19,986 bases of DNA from Promethearchaeota archaeon (GCA_004524535.1 SDNY01000067.1:1-19986), one strand, 5' to 3'. Positions 1 through 9,756 are shown, counted from the first letter of the stretch. Notes: generated by a model not told the origin, from the letters alone. Made by a program: numbers and translations.

Positions 1-78
1 AATATACTATTTATTGTATAACTTTTTTTGATTAAGATTTGTTATATACTATTTAAGAACTTAAGATTCTGACCTTAT

Positions 79-405
79 ATGGCTCCTAACCAAACTACTT
101 TATTCATAAAAAATAGAAGGGATAAAGATCGAATCATCAAAGATGCTATTTTTGCCTTTTCTGGAGGGCACAAGGCGCTTCTAATCAAGGGCGAGGGCGA
201 GGAAATATCAACTGCGGTTGAGATTGCCGAAATTCTAAAAAATAGATTATACCCTGGCATTGAAATAGGAAATGTCAATTTAGGAAGCCGTCCTTTTTTC
301 ATAAAAAGACAAAGAGGTAATAATAATCGAAATAAAAATAATCGAAATAAAAAAGATATAATTTCTAAAATAGAAATTTTACTAAAAACTAAATCTATCA
401 CGTAA
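79..405 (+). CDS. Alba-family DNA/RNA-binding protein (divergent)
   Basis: 108 aa. 'LLIKGEGEEISTAVEIAEILKNRLYPGIEIGNVNLGS...ISKIEILLK' follows the Alba pattern (IKARGxAIxxAVDVAEIxRxRF...IxxIxIGT...VSxIEIxL). An Asn/Arg/Lys-rich insertion lies in the beta-hairpin. Confidence 0.8.
   Translation: MAPNQTTLFIKNRRDKDRIIKDAIFAFSGGHKALLIKGEGEEISTAVEIAEILKNRLYPGIEIGNVNLGSRPFFIKRQRGNNNRNKNNRNKKDIISKIEILLKTKSIT
322..351 (+). repeat. Perfect 15-bp tandem duplication (AATAATCGAAATAAA x2) inside the Alba gene
   Basis: 322-336 and 337-351 are identical and encode NNRNK twice in frame. Confidence 0.9.
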
Positions 406-449
406 TCTTTATTGTTGTTATAAGAAAAAGACCGAAATAGTGTGATTTT

Positions 450-623
450 ATGACAATTGATTTTAAAAATTTAGGACCGATGATTAAGGAGGAACGGTTA
501 CCTGCTACCTGTGAGAAATGTGGAAATTACATTTATAAATGCTACTTCCAAGATTCTAATTCAAAAGGTAATGTAAAAGTAGTCTTTGTTTGTAAAAACT
601 GCCATAATAATTCAAAAAAATAG
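450..623 (+). CDS. Small zinc-ribbon protein, 57 aa (not in ORF track)
   Basis: Hand translation: MTIDFKNLGPMIKEERLPATCEKCGNYIYKCYFQDSNSKGNVKVVFVCKNCHNNSKK*. Two CxxC pairs. Fills the gap between Alba and the convergent 639..1451 gene. Confidence 0.75.
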   Translation: MTIDFKNLGPMIKEERLPATCEKCGNYIYKCYFQDSNSKGNVKVVFVCKNCHNNSKK

Positions 624-638
624 GTATTTGAATACTTT

Positions 639-1451
639 TTAGAGGGTTTTCTCCGTTTTTTTCTCAACATATTTGTTCCAATTAAAAGCCATAATAAAAT
701 AGATGATAGTAAGACTCACTAAAAGCATTATAGCTTCTGAAATTATACTTGAAATGTCATTAAATTCCATTCCCGTAGCCATTATACCTAAAGTAATCAT
801 TATTGGAAGAGTTACATAAAATATTGTTGTAATATTTTTGCCCGCCCAACCACAGATTAAGCATTTGTAGAATTTAAATTTCTTTTCTATTAATCCTAGT
901 GAGATCCATAGAGGGTCATCAGGAACTGGTAAAGCTGCTGCAATAAATATATATAAATACATTCTTTTTGGATTTTTTAGTAATAATCTTCCAAAACCTT
1001 GAATATTTTCCAGAATTTTTGAATCACTAATATCTGTAACCTTTCTTGCTCCCCTTCCTAACAAAAAACCAGTGAGTTCTCCACATGCGCAACCCAAACC
1101 ACCAACAATTGCAATACCCAAAATCTCAATCCAGAAGGGCGCATTTGATAGAATCTCTTCCATTATTAACCCATAATTTCTATATCTTATGTATACAGAA
1201 TTTGATAAAGAAAATAATACGAAAGGGAATGGAATCGGGAATCCAATGCTGGCACTTCCAATGAAACATATTAGAAAAGAAATTAAAAGCGCCCAAAAAT
1301 AATTCGGTCCTTCAGTAAGACTTGCTATATCATGTCTTCCTTTTATTAATGCGCTCTGGATATCAGGCACAAGGAAAAATAAGAGAAGATAAATTACTAC
1401 TCCTACATAAAAAAGTGCAAAAATAATTGTTAAATTTTTATTTACAGCCAT
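639..1451 (-). CDS. VTT/DedA (SNARE-associated Golgi protein-like) membrane protein
   Basis: Several hydrophobic helices. 'GGLGCACGELTGFLLGRG', 'AALPVPDD' and 'GWAGK' resemble archaeal VTT-domain motifs. Confidence 0.7.
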   Translation of the reverse strand: MAVNKNLTIIFALFYVGVVIYLLLFFLVPDIQSALIKGRHDIASLTEGPNYFWALLISFLICFIGSASIGFPIPFPFVLFSLSNSVYIRYRNYGLIMEEILSNAPFWIEILGIAIVGGLGCACGELTGFLLGRGARKVTDISDSKILENIQGFGRLLLKNPKRMYLYIFIAAALPVPDDPLWISLGLIEKKFKFYKCLICGWAGKNITTIFYVTLPIMITLGIMATGMEFNDISSIISEAIMLLVSLTIIYFIMAFNWNKYVEKKTEKTL

Positions 1452-1457
1452 TCTTTT

Positions 1458-1832
1458 CTAACTTTTAGATATTTTTGTTGTCAAACCGTTTCTTGCATTC
1501 AAAATATCTTCGTTAATCTCAATTTTACCAACCTTATTCACTTTGTTTGGCATTTCAAGGTTTTCTATAATGAGTATCAATTCATCAGTTTTCGGATTAT
1601 AAACCAACTCTCCTTTTTCAACATCTTTGACGGACTTTGGATTTGTACCTTCTCTTAACCCTAAGCCAGGTAATGTCCAATATTTTTTAGAACCAAAGCT
1701 AAAACGTCCCCTCATAACAATTGGCATTTTATCTAAAATAGCATCAGCCGATAAAGGAGCATAAATACGGTCTATAAAACCATTTAAAGTAGTTATTCCG
1801 AAAATTTCTATATTAATTTTTATGTCAGCCAT
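1458..1832 (-). CDS. Cyclophilin-like fold protein (DUF369/TM1367-like)
   Basis: 124 aa. 'APLSADAILDKMP', 'VEKGELVYNP' and 'VNKVGKI' match the archaeal cyclophilin-like family pattern. Lies 6 bp upstream of the VTT gene. Confidence 0.65.
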   Translation of the reverse strand: MADIKINIEIFGITTLNGFIDRIYAPLSADAILDKMPIVMRGRFSFGSKKYWTLPGLGLREGTNPKSVKDVEKGELVYNPKTDELILIIENLEMPNKVNKVGKIEINEDILNARNGLTTKISKS

Positions 1833-2351
1833 TATTTCTAAATAAAATAAATACAGTTTTGAATATTATATTATAGTTCAGATATATTTATATATGTATT
1901 TTTGTATATTATTAATTAGGATAATAGAAGATATTTATGCATTGGTTTGATACATAACATAATTTCAACTAAAAAGCTGTTCCAAGCAATCATTTAGTTA
2001 GTTCTTTATTACCGACAATTTGATTTAACACCAATCAACAATAATTCTTACTTTATATACTCCTGTTAATAAAACGCATAATAATATTGACGTGCATTAA
2101 ATCTGAAATTTTATAGTTTCCATTAAAACATTGTTCTTTATTGTGTATACAATGGTTTCAATTTATTTCTTAAATTGACTTTTAAGACTCGAAACAAATT
2201 CACTTGTATACTTAATCTCTTGTTGATTTAAATAATATTTTTGATACATGGGACATTCAAACATTAGAAATTGTTCTTATCAAAAAATAAATATTTGATT
2301 AAAAATAGGAGCCTTAATTCCGAAGAATAAAATTGTAACTCTTAGGATGTT

Positions 2352-3281
2352 CTAAATTCCTTCGAGACAATGATTCTTTGAATGATCGGAGCTTCTATTG
2401 TCCTTTTTTTTTTCCCTTTTACGTAATCTATAATTGAGATTATTTAAATCAGATTTGTAATCTATATCGTAAAAGTTATATTTTTTATCAATTTGAAAGG
2501 CAATAGCTTCTCTTCCTTCTTTTAGTAAGTAATTAAAAATCTCTCTTATACTATTTGCCGAGATTTTTTTCTCTGAATCTATTATTTCATTAATAAAATC
2601 AAAAGAAAATACAAATATAGGTATTATTTGTCTTACAAAATCGTAATCAGAAAGATTTCTTAAGTCGCATGTTTTTATGAGCCTTGAAAAGTGATATTGA
2701 CTTTTTCTCGCTATATCCACAATGGAAATTACTTTAGATTCTTGTTGCTCTTTTAAATCACTAGCTTTCAGTTCTCTGTAAAATAATAACGGATATTCTT
2801 GGATAAGAGTGAAATTCTTCAAAATAATGCTAATAATTTGATCTAATAAGTTAATTTGAAAAATTGTGTCCCCAGGAATTATTATATAAATAGAATCTCT
2901 ATTAAATATATTTTCATCTTTAGTAATAGATAAAAAGGAGTATAAAGGGCCTAATTTATATTGAATTCCCGAATCGATGATTACAATTTTTTTTTCCAAA
3001 TCAGGTTTTTCTTTCTTTATTGAATTAATAAATTCGTCAATTTTAGATCCTAGATGTCCCTTTACTATAGCGATTTGATTAATTCCTAATTTATTTAAAT
3101 TATTAATTGAATGCTCTAGAATTGAACTATTATTTAATTCCTTAATTTTTATTAATGGCTTTGGAATTTTCTTGGTAATCTTTTTAAATCTAATTCCTTC
3201 TCCAGCGCATAAGATTATGGTTATTAATCTATTTTTTAAATCATTCCCTTGTTGTAACAATTGGATTACCATCCAAATCAA
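2352..3281 (-). CDS. Nucleotidyltransferase (NTP_transferase / sugar-phosphate nucleotidyltransferase family)
   Basis: Signature 'ILCAGEGIRFKKITKKIPKPLI', plus 'PGD' and C-terminal 'DID'. The start is uncertain (TTG 3281, ATG 3272 or TTG 3260, all overlapping the map 3' end). Confidence 0.8.
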   Translation of the reverse strand: MIWMVIQLLQQGNDLKNRLITIILCAGEGIRFKKITKKIPKPLIKIKELNNSSILEHSINNLNKLGINQIAIVKGHLGSKIDEFINSIKKEKPDLEKKIVIIDSGIQYKLGPLYSFLSITKDENIFNRDSIYIIIPGDTIFQINLLDQIISIILKNFTLIQEYPLLFYRELKASDLKEQQESKVISIVDIARKSQYHFSRLIKTCDLRNLSDYDFVRQIIPIFVFSFDFINEIIDSEKKISANSIREIFNYLLKEGREAIAFQIDKKYNFYDIDYKSDLNNLNYRLRKREKKKDNRSSDHSKNHCLEGI

Positions 3282-4158
3282 TTACGATTGTATGTTCTTC
3301 TTGAGCTACAGGCGCTCCAGTTCTTTCAATTAAAATTGGATAATGATCAAGAATTCTCTTTCTTAAAAAAGAATCAATTATTCTATTAATTTTATTTTTC
3401 GGGATAAGATTGTTATGTTCGAGGAAACGAGGAGAGAACGGAAGATGTTTGCAATGTTTCTCAATTTTATTCATAAATCCTTGTTCTTCATAAGGTATAT
3501 TTTTTTTCTTTTTTTTGACAAAACGAAAAATAAAAGAATTATTCCCATTTTCCACTTTTCCTATGCCTGATGTTGTGAAAGGTTCCATCGCGAAGGCGTC
3601 TCCAGGTTTCAAAACCTGATTGTGGATTTTTTCTTTATAATTTGGGATAAATGGTCCAGCATGTAAATTATATTGTTTTAATTCATGCCCTCCTAGATTA
3701 TTGATTGGTCTTAAGCCACGGGCGATAATTTTATCTGCTATTGCTTCACCTAATTCGTATAATCTGGTACCTGGTTTAAATATCGCAATTGCCGCCTCGA
3801 GCCCTTCTTTAGCGGCATCAATATAGTTTTGCAAAATGGTATCTTCATCCAAATTAATAGTGAAAGCGGAATCTGCGATATAACCATTATAATGAGAACC
3901 TACATCAATTTTCAATAAACCTTTTTCAGGTACAGTTGTCTCATCATCAATAGGTGGGCTATAATGTGCAGCAATTTCATTCAATGACATATTAATAGGA
4001 AATGATAGTTCGCAGTCATGATTTATTATCTCAGCTTCACATTGGTTAGCGATATCTAAAAATAAAACCCCTGGTTTTGTAATTTCTCTGGCGAGTCTTT
4101 TAGCAGCGGCTACAGCTTTACCGGCTTTTATGTAATCTTGAATATAATCTTCACTCAT
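3241..4158 (-). CDS. map: Methionine aminopeptidase, type II
   Basis: Motifs 'AAHYSP', 'KIDVGSHYNGYIADSA', 'GGH', 'FAMEPF', 'AQEEHT' and the type II helical insertion with 'LPFSPR'. GGAG lies upstream of the ATG. Confidence 0.96.
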   Translation of the reverse strand: MSEDYIQDYIKAGKAVAAAKRLAREITKPGVLFLDIANQCEAEIINHDCELSFPINMSLNEIAAHYSPPIDDETTVPEKGLLKIDVGSHYNGYIADSAFTINLDEDTILQNYIDAAKEGLEAAIAIFKPGTRLYELGEAIADKIIARGLRPINNLGGHELKQYNLHAGPFIPNYKEKIHNQVLKPGDAFAMEPFTTSGIGKVENGNNSFIFRFVKKKKKNIPYEEQGFMNKIEKHCKHLPFSPRFLEHNNLIPKNKINRIIDSFLRKRILDHYPILIERTGAPVAQEEHTIVIDLDGNPIVTTRE

Positions 4159-4169
4159 AATTATCTCCC

Positions 4170-5507
4170 TTATGGTGTAAGGCGATCAGGTGTGCGCGGA
4201 TACATCACGGCTTCTCTAATATCCTCTAATCCGCATAGAAAAGTGACCCATCTTGCTATTCCAAGTCCTACGCCAGCATGAGGCGGCATGCCAAACGCGA
4301 ATGTTTTAAGATGAGACTCGAACGCCTCAGAATTTAATCCTTTTGCTTCAAGTGCTGCCGTCAATTGCTCTTTATTATGAACTCTTGTTCCTCCTGATGT
4401 CAATTCTAACCAACCCATTTGTAAATCAAAAGATTCGCTATATTTTGGATCTTTAGAGGGCATAATATAAAATGGTTTAATTGACATTGGCCAATGAGTT
4501 ATATAATAATATCCTGTGTATCCTGGAACTTTTCCGATGGCTCGATATGCTTCTGTTGAAATGTCTTCTCCAAATTCTATGGTGAGTCCACATTTTTTTT
4601 CAATGGTTTCTAGTATTTCTTCATAAGTATATCGAGGGAAAGGTATTTCTGGGACGGTAGTTTTGTCTTCCATTTTTAAAAATTTTAGGGCATCCATCTT
4701 ATTATTTCTAATGTCTTTAATAACATTATGTATCAGTTCTTCTAATATTTTTAGTATATCACTCATATCTGCAAAGCCCATTTCAATATCTAAGACAAAA
4801 ATCTCACATAAATGTCTTTTTGTTCGACTTTTCTCGGCCCTGAAACATGGACTAATTTCAAAAACGCGCTCATATACTCCGCTTAATTGTTCTTTATATA
4901 ATTGGGCCGATTGTGTGAGAAATGCTTCTCGATCAAAATACATTATAGGAAACAATTCAGTACCTCCTTCTGTTGCAGAACCGATAATTTTTGGCGTTGT
5001 CATTTCTGTAAAATCGTTCGCAAAGAGAAATTTACGAATACCTCTTAAAACCTCTCCCCTTATTTCAAAAATAGCTTGATTTCTAAGAGATCTTAAATCT
5101 AAGGCTCGGTTGTTCAATCTTAGATCTAAATCTGAAATCGTCTCTCCAGTCATGTCAATAGGTAGTTTTTCTGGAGTTTGATTTAAGATTTTAATTTCAG
5201 ACGGAATAATCTCAATACCACCAGGAGCTTTATCAAAAGCTTTAACCTTTCCCTTTACCATAATACAATATTGATATCCAACCTTAGCTTTTTCAAAAAC
5301 CTCTTCAGAAACAACCCCCTTTTTCATCGTTATCTGTCGCTCACCATATTTATCTTGAATGCTTATAAACTTCAAACCGCCAAGATCTCGAAAATTTCGA
5401 ACCCAACCAGCTAAAACGATTTCTTGATTTACCAATTCTGGAGTTATATCTCTTGTATAGTGAGTTTTCCTCCAATCAGCCATTTCATCTAACATAATTA
5501 ATAACAT
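4170..5507 (-). CDS. aspS: Aspartyl-tRNA synthetase, archaeal type (probably non-discriminating)
   Basis: OB-fold 'GWV..RDLGG', 'RLNNRALDLR', 'ATEGG', 'QSAQLYKE', 'FRAEKS', 'ELTSGG.RVH', 'GMPPHAG.GLG..R' and 'PRTPDRLTP'. The true start may be a downstream Met. Confidence 0.95.
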   Translation of the reverse strand: MLLIMLDEMADWRKTHYTRDITPELVNQEIVLAGWVRNFRDLGGLKFISIQDKYGERQITMKKGVVSEEVFEKAKVGYQYCIMVKGKVKAFDKAPGGIEIIPSEIKILNQTPEKLPIDMTGETISDLDLRLNNRALDLRSLRNQAIFEIRGEVLRGIRKFLFANDFTEMTTPKIIGSATEGGTELFPIMYFDREAFLTQSAQLYKEQLSGVYERVFEISPCFRAEKSRTKRHLCEIFVLDIEMGFADMSDILKILEELIHNVIKDIRNNKMDALKFLKMEDKTTVPEIPFPRYTYEEILETIEKKCGLTIEFGEDISTEAYRAIGKVPGYTGYYYITHWPMSIKPFYIMPSKDPKYSESFDLQMGWLELTSGGTRVHNKEQLTAALEAKGLNSEAFESHLKTFAFGMPPHAGVGLGIARWVTFLCGLEDIREAVMYPRTPDRLTP

Positions 5508-5607
5508 CTGGTTTATTTTTGCTGAAGTATTAATAATTATATGTAATATGGAAAAAAAAACTTTCCAATTAGTCGAATTAAAATAAGATCAACACAGAGT
5601 ATAGTAT

Positions 5608-6873
5608 ATGAAAAAAATAACTGGTGTAGAAATTCTAGATTCTAAAATAAAAGAGAAATTATCTACAAGAAATATATATGAAATATTAAATAATTTCATC
5701 ATTCCATTAATTACTAAAGAGGAGCAAGAATTTTTAGTAGAATTGGAAGATTTTCTACTTAAGGAAGTAGAACCTAAAATTGATTTAACCAAAGATGTTT
5801 ATGAACTCTTTCCAATCTTGGGAAAAAAAAATTATATTCAACGATTAAATAAATATGGAGATCTTGATGAATATGGAATGCGATATGAAATTCTACTCGC
5901 TATGGCAATATCAATTATCGACCCTGAGCTTGATTTAGCCCGCGTTGTTTCAGGAGTCATTTTTTCTAATCCCTTATTTCAATACGGGAACAATGACCAT
6001 ATTTTGGAAATTTTAGACGAAGTAATGAGTGGAAAAAAAATAGGTTGCATCTGTATTACAGAAAAAAAGCATGGTTCTGATGCAGTTAATATGAAAACAA
6101 AAATAGATGATTATAATAAAGATTACTTAGTTCTAAATGGAGAAAAAGTATATACAACTAATGGGTCCATAGCAGACTATTATGTTGTTTATGGGGTTTC
6201 TAATATAGCCGATCCTCGTGGCACTATGTCCCAAATAATTGTAGAAAAAGAGTTTGAAGGGGTAGAAACTCATAGATTGGGAATTCAATCAATTCCAAGA
6301 GTTGAAGTAGGTCAAATCATCTTTAAAGATGTAAAAATTCCTAAAGAAAATATCCTTGGAGGAAAAGGACAAGGATATAAAAATCTGTTTTCTGGATTAG
6401 TTGCCGAAAGAGACGCAATAATTGGCTCAAGTCTTGGAATTAGCTGGTTAACAGCAATTACAGCTCTTATTTACACGAATTTTCGAGAACAATTTAGTCA
6501 GCCAATATACAATTTCCAAGCAGTTTCATTTCCAATAACAAAATTATTTACTGAATTAATGGCGGTCACTGATTTTGGTATTAGGACGGCCACAGAATAT
6601 GAAAAGACTTTAAAATATCCAGATGAGACGAAATTCATTAAATATAACGCTGCTTTTAGTAGCGGCACGAAGTTTCTTGCCTCTAATTTAGCGTATAGAA
6701 TTTCTTACGAAACCCAGCAATTATGTGGTGGTATTGCATTTACCGATAATCTAAAAATTGATAAAGCATTAGAAGTATCAAAAGTACAGGAAATAATTGG
6801 AGGGGCTCGTAACATTCAACTTTACCTTGTAAGTAAAGCAATAAAGGAAATAGTAGCAAGGGTAGTTAAATGA
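5608..6873 (+). CDS. Acyl-CoA dehydrogenase family protein
   Basis: 'ICITEKKHGSDA', 'LNGEKVYTTNG', 'REQFSQPIYNFQAV' and 'QLCGGIAF'. Confidence 0.92.
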   Translation: MKKITGVEILDSKIKEKLSTRNIYEILNNFIIPLITKEEQEFLVELEDFLLKEVEPKIDLTKDVYELFPILGKKNYIQRLNKYGDLDEYGMRYEILLAMAISIIDPELDLARVVSGVIFSNPLFQYGNNDHILEILDEVMSGKKIGCICITEKKHGSDAVNMKTKIDDYNKDYLVLNGEKVYTTNGSIADYYVVYGVSNIADPRGTMSQIIVEKEFEGVETHRLGIQSIPRVEVGQIIFKDVKIPKENILGGKGQGYKNLFSGLVAERDAIIGSSLGISWLTAITALIYTNFREQFSQPIYNFQAVSFPITKLFTELMAVTDFGIRTATEYEKTLKYPDETKFIKYNAAFSSGTKFLASNLAYRISYETQQLCGGIAFTDNLKIDKALEVSKVQEIIGGARNIQLYLVSKAIKEIVARVVK

Positions 6874-8396
6874 ATTTGAAATGGGAAGATAAAGAAAAAA
6901 TAAAAAATTCGATTGAAGATTTAGACATCATTTCTTTGCAAGATGTTGAATTAGTCTCATCTCCCATAAATGACAAAATTTTAGAAAAGCCTGAACTTCC
7001 ACCTCAAATTTCTGGAAAAGAATGGAAAAATTTGTTAGTTTGGGGTGATAATACCAAAATTTTAAAGGTATTATTAAAAAATCTCACTAATAAAATTAAT
7101 CTAATTTATATTGATCCTCCCTTTGCCACTGGAGGTGAATTCAACTATAAAATACAAATAGGTGAAGGAAAAACCTCTAAACAGTCAAAACACTGGATAA
7201 GGAAAATAGCATATAGTGATTCATGGTCAAGCGGTTTAAATTCATATTTGAGTTTCATATATGAAAAACTGTTGTTAATGAAGGAATTACTTTCAGAAAC
7301 TGGGAGTATTTATGTACATCTTGATTGGCATATTGGTCATTATATCAAAGTTATCATGGATGAAATTTTTGGGATCGAGAACTTCAGAAATGAAATAATA
7401 TGGGCATATCCTGCAGCCTCTGTTCAGACAAAAAGATTCTACGTCCGTTCTTTTGATATAATTCTATTCTACACTAAGTCAGATAATTATACTTTTAATG
7501 ATGATCCAAATATCTATATGGAATATTCTGACCGTGTGAAAACAGCTTTAAAAAAGGATGATAAAGGATTATATTATCATAGAGGGGGAAGCCATAATGG
7601 TAAAAAATTATCCCAGAAAGTCTATGTAAAAAATAATGGTGTTTTTCCTCGGGATGTATGGAATGATATTCCTTATGTCCGTGCTAACACGAAAGAATAT
7701 CAAGGATTCGCAACTCAAAAGCCAGAGCGCCTTTTAAAACGTATAATTTTAGCATCTTCAACAGAAAATGACCTTATAGCAGACTTTTTTTGTGGATCTG
7801 GTACGACTCTTGCTGTAGCTGAAAAGCTCGGAAGGCGCTGGATTGGATGCGATATAACAAAACAAGCTATAAATATATGCAAGAAACGTTTACTTGATAT
7901 TTGTAATAGTAATGATCTTTATAATTGGAAGAATAAATACTCTAAAAATGTTCGACCCTTTAAAATATTAGAAATAATGACTCAGGAAAAACAATTTATA
8001 CTCCCTATTGAGTTTTTATCAAAAAATAGTGAAATTAAAGAAAATTCTGAATTCTCTCAAGCCCCTAATTTGAAAATCAATATAAAAAAACAAGATATGA
8101 AAGTAACAATTAGCTTAAAAGACTATACTATTCCCTATGTAAATTTTATATCTGAAAAAATTCGAGAAAATATTCTTAATTGGGCGGATTGGATTGACTC
8201 CTGGTCAATTGATTTTAATTATAATGGAAAAATCTTTAATAATAAGTGGATTTCTTATAGAACTCCAAAAAAAAGAGAATTGTCTCTCGTCGCTTCATTT
8301 ATTTATGATAAACCCAGAGAATATCAAATATTAGTAAAAGTGATTGATATTTTAGGATTTGAGACAATTCAAAATTACGGTTTAAAAATTATTTAA
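6870..8396 (+). CDS. Site-specific DNA amino-methyltransferase (N6/N4, beta class, Mod-like)
   Basis: Motif IV 'IYIDPPF' precedes motif I 'DFFCGSGTT', with 'TQKPERLLKRII' between them. The C-terminal 'IDSWSIDFNY...W.SYRT...VKVIDILG' domain is typical of Mod-like MTases. ATGA overlap with the upstream gene. Confidence 0.92.
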   Translation: MNLKWEDKEKIKNSIEDLDIISLQDVELVSSPINDKILEKPELPPQISGKEWKNLLVWGDNTKILKVLLKNLTNKINLIYIDPPFATGGEFNYKIQIGEGKTSKQSKHWIRKIAYSDSWSSGLNSYLSFIYEKLLLMKELLSETGSIYVHLDWHIGHYIKVIMDEIFGIENFRNEIIWAYPAASVQTKRFYVRSFDIILFYTKSDNYTFNDDPNIYMEYSDRVKTALKKDDKGLYYHRGGSHNGKKLSQKVYVKNNGVFPRDVWNDIPYVRANTKEYQGFATQKPERLLKRIILASSTENDLIADFFCGSGTTLAVAEKLGRRWIGCDITKQAINICKKRLLDICNSNDLYNWKNKYSKNVRPFKILEIMTQEKQFILPIEFLSKNSEIKENSEFSQAPNLKINIKKQDMKVTISLKDYTIPYVNFISEKIRENILNWADWIDSWSIDFNYNGKIFNNKWISYRTPKKRELSLVASFIYDKPREYQILVKVIDILGFETIQNYGLKII

Positions 8397-8400
8397 TGAA

Positions 8401-9756
8401 TTACTTCATTAATTCTCTAAGAAGCATTGTCGCATAAGATCCTTTCAGGAGTGAAAACTCAAGTCTTAACTTTTTTTTATTTGGAAATAAATCGTCATCC
8501 ATAAGTTCAACCTCTAAACCAGTAGGTTTAGTAATCATTTCTCTAAATGAACCTTTAAAATCAAATTCATATAACAACTCACTCATATAAATGCGTTTAT
8601 TAATATGCTCTTGTTTAATTATTTCTTTAAAGAGAGTTTTCATAAGAGGAAAATCATCTAAATTAGTTTCATATCCTATAAGAGGAATAACAATCCTAGC
8701 TCTGTTGAGCTTTATTGCTTCATTCAAATATTCATCATAAAGCCCCCCATATTTATATTTTATTTGAGTAATACTTCCATTATCATCATCTAAAATGCTT
8801 ATTGTGTCTCCTTTCACGGGTTTTAATAAAGGTATTCCCATTTTTACTCTTAAAGAAAGCATTTTATTAAATATGTAAGATTGAAATGAGCTGATTAACA
8901 GATTCTTCAAATCAGAAGGGATCGCATCAAAACACCCCTTATAATCTCCTGGAAAATCTATTAAATGCTTAATCATAGACCTCTCATAGGAGAGGCTTTT
9001 TGGAAAAGTTTCGTAAATCCTTTCAAGGTCATTAGTATTCTTTACATCACTACGAATAGACTGCAATTGAGAACTTTCGGTTGAATACTTTGCTGATACA
9101 AACTCATCGAACGCTTTTTCAAAATTTCCTTCTAACAAATATCTTCCAACTATATGGGAATTAGGTCTATATGTACCGAATCTTTGAAGACCAAAGTAGT
9201 TTGGAAACCCCTTTTTTCCCAAAAACTCTATTAAATCATCAATATTTTTTTTTAGATCTTTTTTATCTTCAATATTTCTTATAACTATAGTAAAATTATT
9301 GCCCCTATTAGCTCCTAATTTAATGGGCTTTTTAGTAAGCTCGATACATCTAAAAAACAAATCTCTTATATTTAATTCTTTTAATTGTTTAATAAAATTT
9401 CCTTTAAGAGAGATTTTTTGAACGCTAATTGAACGTCTATCCTTTAAGCCAGAATAATGCATTAAATTCTGTGATATTTTTAAAGCTTGGCTAATTTGTC
9501 TCATAGCTTCAAAGGTGTCTTTGTTAATTTTAATCAAATTAAATGTAGTATATTTATCCTTTGAACCATCGCTCCAAGAAGGATTAATGTAATCTTCTTT
9601 AATTCCAAGGATTTTCCCGTTTTTTGTTATTTCTTTCACAATAAAATCTTTATAACTGTTTTTATATACACCGCCTATTCCTTCTATCTCTGGGGTGCTA
9701 TAAATTTCAATCCCAACAAGTTTTTCAACATTTCTCTTGCTATTATCTATAATAAT
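8401..9756 (-). CDS. truD: tRNA pseudouridine(13) synthase TruD/Pus7 (extended upstream of the ORF-track start at 9639)
   Basis: '[13 protein letters not shown]', 'GNNFTI', '[11 protein letters not shown]', 'SFQSYIFN' and '[10 protein letters not shown]'. The open frame continues upstream of GTG 9639 with the conserved N-terminus '[19 protein letters not shown]...DFIVKEI'. Start position is uncertain. Confidence 0.93.
   Translation of the reverse strand: MIIDNSKRNVEKLVGIEIYSTPEIEGIGGVYKNSYKDFIVKEITKNGKILGIKEDYINPSWSDGSKDKYTTFNLIKINKDTFEAMRQISQALKISQNLMHYSGLKDRRSISVQKISLKGNFIKQLKELNIRDLFFRCIELTKKPIKLGANRGNNFTIVIRNIEDKKDLKKNIDDLIEFLGKKGFPNYFGLQRFGTYRPNSHIVGRYLLEGNFEKAFDEFVSAKYSTESSQLQSIRSDVKNTNDLERIYETFPKSLSYERSMIKHLIDFPGDYKGCFDAIPSDLKNLLISSFQSYIFNKMLSLRVKMGIPLLKPVKGDTISILDDDNGSITQIKYKYGGLYDEYLNEAIKLNRARIVIPLIGYETNLDDFPLMKTLFKEIIKQEHINKRIYMSELLYEFDFKGSFREMITKPTGLEVELMDDDLFPNKKKLRLEFSLLKGSYATMLLRELMK

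Noticed and set aside
75-401. 108-aa minus-strand ORF
   Set aside because: Antisense shadow of the Alba gene with no recognisable motifs.
4663-5079. 138-aa plus-strand ORF
   Set aside because: Lies entirely antisense within aspS.
5589-5792. 67-aa minus-strand ORF
   Set aside because: Antisense to the acyl-CoA dehydrogenase 5' end.
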